Shown here: positions 8,898-16,473 of the stretch, piece after piece | Numbering within the stretch: position 1 is the stretch's first letter | Layout: every line of letters starts with the position of its first letter | Source: an uncultured Sediminispirochaeta sp. | Lineage (GTDB): Bacteria > Spirochaetota > Spirochaetia > DSM-16054 > Sediminispirochaetaceae | Direction: 5' to 3' | Length of the DNA: 29,063 nt | Assembly: GCA_964545955.1 (NCBI GenBank) | Contig: CAZJIN010000001.1 | Span: 1 to 29,063 of the forward strand | Position numbers and translations under genes: made by a program | Notes under the pieces: generated by a model | What the model saw: only the letters and a program-made list of their open reading frames with translations | Database searches by the model: none | What the model was told of the DNA's origin: nothing

Positions 8898-11800
8898 AAT
8901 CAGTCTGTATATAAAAAAGATACTTGTTCTATTCATCCTAGTGGTGCCGCTTTTCTTCTCTTCTTCATGCAAGGACTTCTTCGGCACCTCGGACATAAAA
9001 GAGGAAATCAAAAAAGAAGTGGAGGAGGCGAATGCGGAAGAATTCACCGTGCGTGTTCAACCCCTGGATAGCGATATGGGTACTACCAACCCTTCCGGTC
9101 CTGTGACAATTAAAGTCGGACAGCCTTTCACCATAAGTATGACGGAAAATTCCAAATATGCATTTATCGGATGGTCGGCAAATTCAGATATCATATCTTT
9201 TAACAATGAGAATGCAACAGAAACATCTGCGGAAGCTACGAGTGTACAGAATGACGTGGTCATAACGGCTAATTATGATGCGAGGCCGGTAGTAGTCACT
9301 CATGAGCCTTTTTCTCAAGACGGTGTATTGATGAATCAGAAAGTCACGATTGTCTTCTCTGAAGATGTAGACCCTCAAACAGTCAGTTTCGATACTATTT
9401 CTGTAGAGGCGAAAAGTAGAAATACAACTGACCCGTTAGTGTCTATGACCGATCGGCTACTTGATCCGATAGTAAACGGCTCTAATGTTGAACTACAATT
9501 CGAAGGGAGTAAAACCTATGATGCCCAGAACCAGGTTGTTGTTACCGTTGACAAGACAATCTCCGATCTTGACGGGCATCAAATGGCAGATGATTTCTCA
9601 TGGTCATTTATTACCGGGAGCAGTACCGATCTATCCGATCCCGCAATAAACAGTATCACCTTAGTAATAGATATTGATGGTGTTGAGAATACAATTACGA
9701 ACTTTGACAACCCGATTCTTGCTGATGAGATTTCCATGGTACTAACGGTAAATGCGGTTGATGATGTGGGTGTTGAAACAATACATATTGCAGAGACAAA
9801 ATTGACTGATGCTTTTGGAAACGAAGATATAGCAGCGGCAAACCTTTGGCAAAGTGATTACTATGGTACTACTTATGAATATAACTTCAATCTCGCTACA
9901 ATTGGTTCTGAATATGCAGACAACGGTGATGGACAAAAACGTCTAAGGGTAACAGTTCTCGATGCACCTCAGAAAGTGAGTAGTTTTGAGGATATAATAG
10001 TAAACCTTGATCGAACTGCTCCAGAAATCAGCAGTTTCGAATTGAATAACGGCAACACCTTTGTGCGTACCGGAAGTGGTACGAATACTCCTGTTTCCAT
10101 AAACGCAAGCGATCCGGGATATGATGCAGGTATTGGGGCGGGAATAACTGCTTATGCATTGACCTATAACGCCTCCGAACCGAGTTCATGGACTACCGGT
10201 GATCCGAATACTCTTACACAGGTAGATTTGCCGGATAAACCTGATGGAAACTATGAGGTTTACCTTCATATAAAAGACTTATTAGGAAACCAAGATGCAG
10301 ATAGCAGCCCAATTTCTGTTGACACCACATCGCCTTCGGTAGACGGGACGCCGGTAGTCTCGACCACGGGGAACCCTGGATACGTGAGAAATGGGCAGAC
10401 AGTTACCATAGAGTTCAATATGATCGAAACCGGCTCCGGACTCGACGGTAATCCGACGGTTGAGATCGGAGGAAGGGGCGCAACGGTAGTAGCCGGAAGT
10501 ACTTATGATTATAAGGCGAGCTATTCTATTCCTTCAGGCGAGTCGACCCTCACTCAGGGATCTCTACAGTACACGATAAACGCCTCGGATAATGTGAACA
10601 ATACGATGAGCACCTATTCAGCCTCGACCGGCATCACCTACGACCGTGAAGGGCCGACGGTAAGCGTTGCGAAACAGACAGGAGAACCCTCTTACGTGAA
10701 TAGCGCAGACCAGGTGGTCTTCGATGTGACTTTCAGTGATACGAATACTTTCAGCGGAACCCTGGAAGCGGCGGACGTAACAGTGAATGTGAACGGAACA
10801 GAAAACGCCGACGCCTCTGTCCTCGTATCGGATGCGAGTACCGACAGTCCGAGCATCACCGTGAGCGGAGCCACGGGCGACGGAGACATGGGGATAGAGA
10901 TAGCCGCAGGGGTGAAAACCGATGTGGCAGGCAATGTCAATACCGCCTACAGCACTACAACTACCGTAGATGTAGACAACACAGCTCCAAATACCCCCAC
11001 GGTGAGCTTTACCGACACCGCCGCCACCCACCAGTCGGGAGGAACGTATTACTACAACAGTGCCGCGCAGCCGAGCGGAATCGCCTTTGATCTTTCGGCA
11101 ACTGATCCGACAACCAATTCGGTATCCTCCGGCATAGCAGGATACTCCAACACTTCCGACGGAGTCACCACGGATATAGACGTGGGGACAAGCGGTGAAG
11201 TCACACTTCCGGCAACCGAAAGCTATCATGCGGTGGACTTGGCGGGCAACGTATCGAGTTCTGCTCTTCAGATTACTATAACTACTGACACCACCGATCC
11301 TGCGGTAGACGGGACGCCGGTAGTCTCGACCACGGGGAACCCTGGATACGTGAGAAATGGGCAGACAGTTACCATAGAGTTCAATATGATCGAAACCGGC
11401 TCCGGACTCGACGGTAATCCGACGGTTGAGATCGGAGGAAGGGGCGCAACGGTAGTAGCCGGAAGTACTTATGATTATAAGGCGAGCTATTCTATTCCTT
11501 CAGGCGAGTCGACCCTCACTCAGGGATCTCTACAGTACACGATAAACGCCTCGGATAATGTGAACAATACGATGAGCACCTATTCAGCCTCGACCGGCAT
11601 CACCTACGACCGTGAAGGGCCGACGGTAAGCGTTGCGAAACAGACAGGAGAACCCTCTTACGTGAATAGCGCAGACCAGGTGGTCTTCGATGTGACTTTC
11701 AGTGATACGAATACTTTCAGCGGAACCCTGGAAGCGGCGGACGTAACAGTGAATGTGAACGGAACAGAAAACGCCGACGCCTCTGTCCTCGTATCGGATG

Positions 11801-12567
11801 CGAGTACCGACAGTCCGAGCATCACCGTGAGCGGAGCCACGGGCGACGGAGACATGGGGATAGAGATAGCCGCAGGGGTGAAAACCGATGTGGCAGGCAA
11901 TGTCAATACCGCCTACAGCACTACAACTACCGTAGATGTAGACAACACAGCTCCAAATACCCCCACGGTGAGCTTTACCGACACCGCCGCCACCCACCAG
12001 TCGGGAGGAACGTATTACTACAACAGTGCCGCGCAGCCGAGCGGAATCGCCTTTGATCTTTCGGCAACTGATCCGACAACCAATTCGGTATCCTCCGGCA
12101 TAGCAGGATACTCCAACACTTCCGACGGAGTCACCACGGATATAGACGTGGGGACAAGCGGTGAAGTCACACTTCCGGCAACCGAAAGCTATCATGCGGT
12201 GGACTTGGCGGGCAACGTATCGAGTTCTGCTCTTCAGATTACTATTGTCGATGACACCACAGGACCCACTATTTCAGGTACATTACAGCCTTCGGACAGT
12301 GATAGCGATGGGGACTTTGATACCATAATCGGTTTCAGTACTGCAGATGCCTGCGGAGTTAATAGTAGTGATTATAATGCGACCAAAGACTCGGGAACCG
12401 GTGGAGTGGGAGATTTCACAGGTTCTGAGCTCAACGGCCTTACCGAACCAAATACCGATAGCACAAACACCTACAGTATCACCGCAGTAGATAATGTTGG
12501 CAACTCTACCGAAGTTCTTATAGATTACACTGACACTGGTGGTACATTATCAACTGACTTTCAGTAG
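8890..12567 (+). CDS. Large surface lipoprotein with multiple bacterial Ig-like domains (adhesin/S-layer-like)
   Basis: Lipoprotein signal ending LFFSSS-C27 (TGC at 8968). InlB-B-repeat-like and SbsA/Big_5-like segments, then Thr/Ser/Asp-rich Ig repeats starting D-x-T-x-P and containing D-x-AGN. Start overlaps the upstream stop by 8 nt. Confidence 0.8.
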   Translation: MNKISLYIKKILVLFILVVPLFFSSSCKDFFGTSDIKEEIKKEVEEANAEEFTVRVQPLDSDMGTTNPSGPVTIKVGQPFTISMTENSKYAFIGWSANSDIISFNNENATETSAEATSVQNDVVITANYDARPVVVTHEPFSQDGVLMNQKVTIVFSEDVDPQTVSFDTISVEAKSRNTTDPLVSMTDRLLDPIVNGSNVELQFEGSKTYDAQNQVVVTVDKTISDLDGHQMADDFSWSFITGSSTDLSDPAINSITLVIDIDGVENTITNFDNPILADEISMVLTVNAVDDVGVETIHIAETKLTDAFGNEDIAAANLWQSDYYGTTYEYNFNLATIGSEYADNGDGQKRLRVTVLDAPQKVSSFEDIIVNLDRTAPEISSFELNNGNTFVRTGSGTNTPVSINASDPGYDAGIGAGITAYALTYNASEPSSWTTGDPNTLTQVDLPDKPDGNYEVYLHIKDLLGNQDADSSPISVDTTSPSVDGTPVVSTTGNPGYVRNGQTVTIEFNMIETGSGLDGNPTVEIGGRGATVVAGSTYDYKASYSIPSGESTLTQGSLQYTINASDNVNNTMSTYSASTGITYDREGPTVSVAKQTGEPSYVNSADQVVFDVTFSDTNTFSGTLEAADVTVNVNGTENADASVLVSDASTDSPSITVSGATGDGDMGIEIAAGVKTDVAGNVNTAYSTTTTVDVDNTAPNTPTVSFTDTAATHQSGGTYYYNSAAQPSGIAFDLSATDPTTNSVSSGIAGYSNTSDGVTTDIDVGTSGEVTLPATESYHAVDLAGNVSSSALQITITTDTTDPAVDGTPVVSTTGNPGYVRNGQTVTIEFNMIETGSGLDGNPTVEIGGRGATVVAGSTYDYKASYSIPSGESTLTQGSLQYTINASDNVNNTMSTYSASTGITYDREGPTVSVAKQTGEPSYVNSADQVVFDVTFSDTNTFSGTLEAADVTVNVNGTENADASVLVSDASTDSPSITVSGATGDGDMGIEIAAGVKTDVAGNVNTAYSTTTTVDVDNTAPNTPTVSFTDTAATHQSGGTYYYNSAAQPSGIAFDLSATDPTTNSVSSGIAGYSNTSDGVTTDIDVGTSGEVTLPATESYHAVDLAGNVSSSALQITIVDDTTGPTISGTLQPSDSDSDGDFDTIIGFSTADACGVNSSDYNATKDSGTGGVGDFTGSELNGLTEPNTDSTNTYSITAVDNVGNSTEVLIDYTDTGGTLSTDFQ
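10337..12245 (+). repeat. Intragenic tandem duplication with 966-bp (322-aa) period
   Basis: 10337-11279 and 11303-12245 are identical over 943 bp by line-by-line comparison. GACACCAC occurs in register at 10321, 11287 and 12253. Confidence 0.95.
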
Positions 12568-12592
12568 ATAAAAAAATACGGAACAAAAAATT

Positions 12593-12632
12593 AAAGGGGT
12601 GTTCTGTTGTTAAGGACACTCCTTTCATTTTT
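12593..12632 (+). terminator. Probable intrinsic terminator of the envelope operon
   Basis: AAAGGGGTGTTC...GGACACTCCTTT stem (with G-U pairs) followed by CATTTTT, 25 nt after the stop. Confidence 0.65.
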
Positions 12633-12776
12633 GTAAAGTAGCGAACGGCTTTCGATGAAGATGGTTGAACGTGGCAGTTCTTAAGAGAAAATCGTTGGGG
12701 TCGGAGGTTCACAGGATTACTTTTATCGTAGGCGCAGGGTATCTTCTGTAAGTCCTGTGCGGGCTCCGCGGGCTTT

Positions 12777-12813
12777 TTGATGAAATCTATAAAAAAGATT
12801 ATACTAAAGAGAA
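12777..12813 (+). promoter_or_regulatory. Sigma70-like promoter, leaderless, for the nitroreductase
   Basis: TTGATG (12777-12782), 17 nt, TATACT (12800-12805), 7 nt, ATG (12813). Confidence 0.6.
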
Positions 12814-13622
12814 TGATAGATAAACAAAATGATGGATGGTATGAGGCTATCGCACAACGGCACTCCAGACGCAGGTTTTTGGAGACACGGATAGAGACTA
12901 GGAAACTCGATCAGCTTGGAAAACTTATCGCCGAGCTGAACGGATTGGCGGAAGCCTGTCGGGTCGAGTTGGTGCCGAGTCACGACGGGGGGATTTTTTC
13001 CGGTATCCGTGGTGGCTATGGGGTTATTAAAGGGGCCCCTTCCTATATCGCCTTTATTGGGACACCCGAAAAAGAAAACAGTTATGAACAACTCGGTTAT
13101 ATTGGCCAGGCGGTTGTTCTCGAGGCGACGCGGCTCGAATTGGGAACCTGCTGGGTCTCGGGAACCTTCGACGCAGGGGCGGCTACAAAGGATCTCGAGA
13201 TAGAGCGGCAGGAGCAGGTTGTGGCGGTTTCCCCTCTGGGCTATCCTAAGGATGGGCACACCTTGTCTGAAAAGGTGATGAGCGGCCTTGCGGGTAGCCG
13301 GAAGCGCAAATCCCTGGAACAGATGTGCGTCGGAGAACTCCTTGGGCGCTGGCCGGACTGGGCAAAAATCGCTGCTGAAGCGGGGCGACTTGCACCTTCG
13401 GCACTGAACCGTCAACCCTGGGTGTTTCGCTTCGAGGCGGACCGGTTGTCTGTCGAAACGGATGACGGCGGAGCGAGTACCAGCTCCGGAGGTTTAGGCA
13501 AAAAATACTCGAAGCGCCTCGACTGCGGAATTGCCCTCAGGCACCTTGCAGTCGGAGCACAACACAGCCTCGGTAAGCCCGTATCGGTCGAGGTGTCCAA
13601 GCATCTTTGCATAAGATTGTAA
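12813..13622 (+). CDS. Nitroreductase family protein (two-domain, TM1586-like)
   Basis: RHSRRRF FMN-binding start, LELGTCWV, LAPSALNRQPW, LDCGIALRH. Start placed at 12813 from promoter position; 12777/12780 are alternatives. Confidence 0.85.
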   Translation: MIDKQNDGWYEAIAQRHSRRRFLETRIETRKLDQLGKLIAELNGLAEACRVELVPSHDGGIFSGIRGGYGVIKGAPSYIAFIGTPEKENSYEQLGYIGQAVVLEATRLELGTCWVSGTFDAGAATKDLEIERQEQVVAVSPLGYPKDGHTLSEKVMSGLAGSRKRKSLEQMCVGELLGRWPDWAKIAAEAGRLAPSALNRQPWVFRFEADRLSVETDDGGASTSSGGLGKKYSKRLDCGIALRHLAVGAQHSLGKPVSVEVSKHLCIRL

Positions 13623-13653
13623 GCCTTTTTTCTTTGATTTACGGCTCATGTCT

Positions 13654-13905
13654 CTACCACTCCGGTCTCTTTTCGGTATTGGGGGGGAGCTCTTTCGGTC
13701 GCAGTTTCATCTCAAAATAGAGAGCCAAGAGGTATTTGAAGAGCGTCTCTACACTGTTGTTCTCTGATCTGTTTTCGAGGGCGGATACCGTTTTTGGCAG
13801 CAAGCCGACCAGCTTGCCGGCCTCCTGTTGAGTCAGTTCGAGACTCCTTCGCCGTGCCCGCAGTATCTTTGACAGTTGATCGGGTGTATTTGCTAGGTAT
13901 TTCAT
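13654..13905 (-). CDS. XRE-family helix-turn-helix protein, HipB-like antitoxin/regulator (no intact HipA alongside)
   Basis: 83 aa; LRARRRSLELTQQEAGKLVGLLPKTVSALEN HTH; SD GGAGGAG upstream. Confidence 0.75.
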   Translation of the reverse strand: MKYLANTPDQLSKILRARRRSLELTQQEAGKLVGLLPKTVSALENRSENNSVETLFKYLLALYFEMKLRPKELPPNTEKRPEW

Positions 13906-13973
13906 TTCTTCTCCTCCGTAAGGTATTTACCACGGGTGCCAGGGGTGCGGAGGAATTTAAAAAAACAAAAGGA

Positions 13974-14009
13974 TTGACACAAATGAAAAAAGTAATTACG
14001 GTTATTACA
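13974..14009 (+). promoter_or_regulatory. TA promoter with overlapping palindromic operator, leaderless
   Basis: TTGACA (13974-13979), 17 nt, TACGGT (13997-14002), 6 nt, ATG. GTAAT-N7-ATTAC (13992-14008) and the palindrome GTAATTAC overlap the -10. Confidence 0.7.
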
Positions 14010-14263
14010 TGAAGGTAAAGATAATAAAAATCGGCAATTCCCGGGGAATCCGACTGCCGAAACAGATTATTGACCTCTATGGACTGAAAGAAGGCACGGA
14101 GGTCGAGATTGAAGAGGAGCGTAACGGTATTTTCCTCCAGCCTCAGCAACGATCCTACCCCCTTTCATGGAAAGATTCCTATCGGGAAATGGCTGCGGAG
14201 AAGGAAGAAGCCCTGGAGTGGGAAGAATGGGATTCCGTGAGTGGAGACGGGTTGGATGATTGA
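14009..14263 (+). CDS. mazE: AbrB/MazE/SpoVT-family antitoxin
   Basis: KIIKIGNSRGIRLPK swapped-hairpin motif and acidic C-terminus; overlaps the toxin start. Confidence 0.9.
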   Translation: MKVKIIKIGNSRGIRLPKQIIDLYGLKEGTEVEIEEERNGIFLQPQQRSYPLSWKDSYREMAAEKEEALEWEEWDSVSGDGLDD

Positions 14264-14588
14264 GCGATACGGTGTGTATTGGGTCAGTCTTGATCCTGTC
14301 AGGGGAAGCGAAATGTCCAAAACAAGGCCCGTGGTTGTAATCAGCGATAATGAAATGAACCGTTCTCTCGAAACCGTAGTGGTCTGTCCACTTACATCAA
14401 GGATTCACGAAAAATGGCCCAGTCGGGTACAGACAATGGTAGGAGGGCAAAATTCCGAGATTGCGGTGGATCAAATCAGGACCATCTCCAGGGGAAGAAT
14501 AGGAAAACAGATAGGTAGGATTGATTCAACAAGGGCGGAACAACTCCGTCACATTATCACTGTGATGTATGGAGTGTTATCAATTTAG
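14256..14588 (+). CDS. mazF: PemK/MazF-family endoribonuclease toxin
   Basis: YGVYWVSLDPVRGSEMSKTRPVVVIS, VVVCPLTS, DQIRTISRGR. ATG at 14256 overlaps the antitoxin stop by 8 nt. Confidence 0.92.
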   Translation: MIERYGVYWVSLDPVRGSEMSKTRPVVVISDNEMNRSLETVVVCPLTSRIHEKWPSRVQTMVGGQNSEIAVDQIRTISRGRIGKQIGRIDSTRAEQLRHIITVMYGVLSI

Positions 14589-14673
14589 GCGGAACTTTTT
14601 ATGTTGTGTGAATAGAGGAGCTGCGCGACGCGCACGCTTGTGTCGTGGGAGATTTTTGGGGTACACTTTTTTC

Positions 14674-15075
14674 ATGAACAATAAGAGAGCGGGCAGCAAG
14701 ATCAGGACTTTCGTCTGGATGCGCGATGTGATCATCGTTGTCTTCGGCGTGGGGTTTTTCGAATTTTATATGGATTACAGTTTTCCCGAGGAAAACAACC
14801 TGCTTCTCTATTTTGTGGCCATTCCGATCATTTGGTCTACCCTGATTCTTATCTGGACGACCACCAGCTACCGAGAGCAGAAGGGAACGGGGATGGCCGT
14901 TTTTACCCACCTCATATCCGTACTCCTTCTGATCTCTTCGGTATTTCTTATCAGTGCAACCCTCAACACCATGTCGGGGACCCTGGGCAGTTTTGGAACC
15001 ATACTGTTCCACTTTGTGGGGTGGACCGTGCTGTTGTCGCTGGTCTACTACGATCTGGTTGATATTAACAGGTGA
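14674..15075 (+). CDS. Hypothetical membrane protein with about 4 TM helices
   Basis: 133 aa from ATG 14674 with four hydrophobic segments. TACACT lies 6 nt upstream of the ATG. Confidence 0.6.
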   Translation: MNNKRAGSKIRTFVWMRDVIIVVFGVGFFEFYMDYSFPEENNLLLYFVAIPIIWSTLILIWTTTSYREQKGTGMAVFTHLISVLLLISSVFLISATLNTMSGTLGSFGTILFHFVGWTVLLSLVYYDLVDINR

Positions 15076-15107
15076 GGGGCCTTGGAAGGTAAGATTTCGA
15101 AAACACC

Positions 15108-15728
15108 TTAGCTGTTTTTACCTTTTTGAGCGAGGGCGATAATCTCTTCAATTGTGTCGTTCCACTTTCCCTCATCACGGTACCAGACGGCCATGTCCTC
15201 CAGGAACTTGCGGTACAACTTGGCGAATTCCTTTTCCGCTTCGGGGTCCTCGGCCTTTTTTGCGTAGAGCTCCATGAGACGGGGATTTCTTTCTTTCCAT
15301 TCAGTTTTCAGGGGGGCTACCGTTTCAGGTGCTTCGACCCATCGACCGATCTCTTTCCCCTCACCATCCCACAGCGAGACTACTGGAATATGTACGGTAC
15401 CCTCGGAGCGATAATGTTCTTTTAGTTCCGGATGATGCTCCTCGTCAAAAACGCGAAAGGGGACGTTCGTCTCCCGAAAAAGGGAACGGAGGATGGGAAG
15501 GTTGCACGCCCAATCGCCGCACCAGCCTTCGGTGTGGGCTGTCGCTGTTACCGGTTGGGGATGGCCTTGCAGGGCGTTCTGTAAAGCTTCAATGTGAGAA
15601 CTCTGCACTACCGCGTCACGGGTCAGAGAACGAACCAGGGAACGGTAGCTTCGCAGATCCCTGAGGTAGTTTTCAATTTCACTACCGGATTCAAAATAGT
15701 CTTGTGTCATATATGTAAATTCTTTCAT
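15108..15728 (-). CDS. Thioredoxin-fold protein (Thioredoxin_9-like, single-Cys WCGD motif)
   Basis: TEGWCGDWACNLP, cis-Pro-like HIPVV, EIGRWVEAP. Start uncertain (15743, 15728 or 15710). Confidence 0.7.
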   Translation of the reverse strand: MKEFTYMTQDYFESGSEIENYLRDLRSYRSLVRSLTRDAVVQSSHIEALQNALQGHPQPVTATAHTEGWCGDWACNLPILRSLFRETNVPFRVFDEEHHPELKEHYRSEGTVHIPVVSLWDGEGKEIGRWVEAPETVAPLKTEWKERNPRLMELYAKKAEDPEAEKEFAKLYRKFLEDMAVWYRDEGKWNDTIEEIIALAQKGKNS

Positions 15729-15845
15729 AGTTATAATATACAAAAAAATTGCACCACCGTGTACACAAGAACTTCTCCCTTGAAAAAAATCGGGTTTTCA
15801 GTCATTCTGTCCCACCGACATAGAATCAATCTCAAGGAAACGCCG

Positions 15846-16241
15846 ATGATATTTAAAAAAGTGGAAGCAATGCTGCTCTACCTGTGGCAGTTGCCCCAGC
15901 ACCTGCTGGGGCTCCTGGTCGTCCTCCTGACGGGGGCGAGGTTCTACCAGGAATACCATTGCGCGAAGGTTTTTTTGACCGGGCTCCCGATGGGGGTTTC
16001 TCTCGGAAAATATATTATTGTGTATCACCATCCGGAGGCCCTGGATATGGTACCCCATGAATGGGGGCATACCCGGCAGTCCAGGATGCTGGGGCCGCTC
16101 TATCTGTTGTTGGTGGGGTTTCCGTCGATTACGATGAATATTTTTTCCCATCTGCAGGTGATGGAGATGGGTCGTTACTACCACCGCTGGCCTGAAAACT
16201 GGGCGGACCATCTGGGCGGGGTGGAAAGAACCGCAGGTTGA
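15846..16241 (+). CDS. Small membrane-associated protein with an HExxH motif (putative Zn metallopeptidase)
   Basis: 131 aa; WQLPQHLLG, GVSLGKYII, HEWGH, LGPLYLLLVG, ENWADHLGG; SD AAGGA upstream. Confidence 0.65.
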   Translation: MIFKKVEAMLLYLWQLPQHLLGLLVVLLTGARFYQEYHCAKVFLTGLPMGVSLGKYIIVYHHPEALDMVPHEWGHTRQSRMLGPLYLLLVGFPSITMNIFSHLQVMEMGRYYHRWPENWADHLGGVERTAG

Positions 16242-16435
16242 AAAATCTATCTGAATGTTCGTTCGGTATGGCCGCTAATGGCGGGAATATCCCTGTTCGG
16301 AGCGGCTGCACTGGGGATTTTTTTTCTCCTGGAATCGAAAAAGGAAAAGGCTAAAGGGGTTGAACAAGAAGGGGGTCTAAGTCGGTTGGAGCATCCGCCG
16401 TGTTCCGGCAGCCTCACCGAGGATCACCACAAGCC

Positions 16436-16473
16436 TTGACCCAACAGGTACCCATAATTAAGATGAACATCCA
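16436..16473 (+). promoter_or_regulatory. Sigma70-like promoter, leaderless or near-leaderless, for the GT2 gene
   Basis: TTGACC (16436-16441), 17 nt, TAAGAT (16459-16464), 8 nt, ATG. No SD. Confidence 0.6.

Noticed and set aside
10618-12195. Two identical 203-aa minus-strand ORFs
   Set aside because: A by-product of the 966-bp duplication in the plus-strand lipoprotein gene.
10337-12245. Duplication as a pure assembly artefact, or as a mobile element
   Set aside because: It is in frame, aligned to domain boundaries and has a unique junction; there is no transposase or terminal repeat. An artefact is not fully excluded without reads.
12703-12767. Imperfect stem (CACAGGA/TCCTGTG core) upstream of the nitroreductase
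   Set aside because: Only 7 perfect bp, no riboswitch motif recognised, and it lies upstream of the predicted promoter.
14241-14255. Longer ORF-track starts (14241, 14569, 15594, 17416, 2938, 1495)
   Set aside because: Downstream ATGs fit SD or promoter positions and family N-termini better.
16239-16241. In-frame TGA as selenocysteine, given the nearby YedE/YedF-like genes
   Set aside because: No convincing SECIS-like hairpin follows, the position is not a redox motif, and the protein looks complete at this stop.
16372-16430. tRNA-like look (GGGGG start, GGTTGGAGCA, ends in CACCA)
   Set aside because: No acceptor-stem pairing, no TTC T-loop and no cloverleaf.
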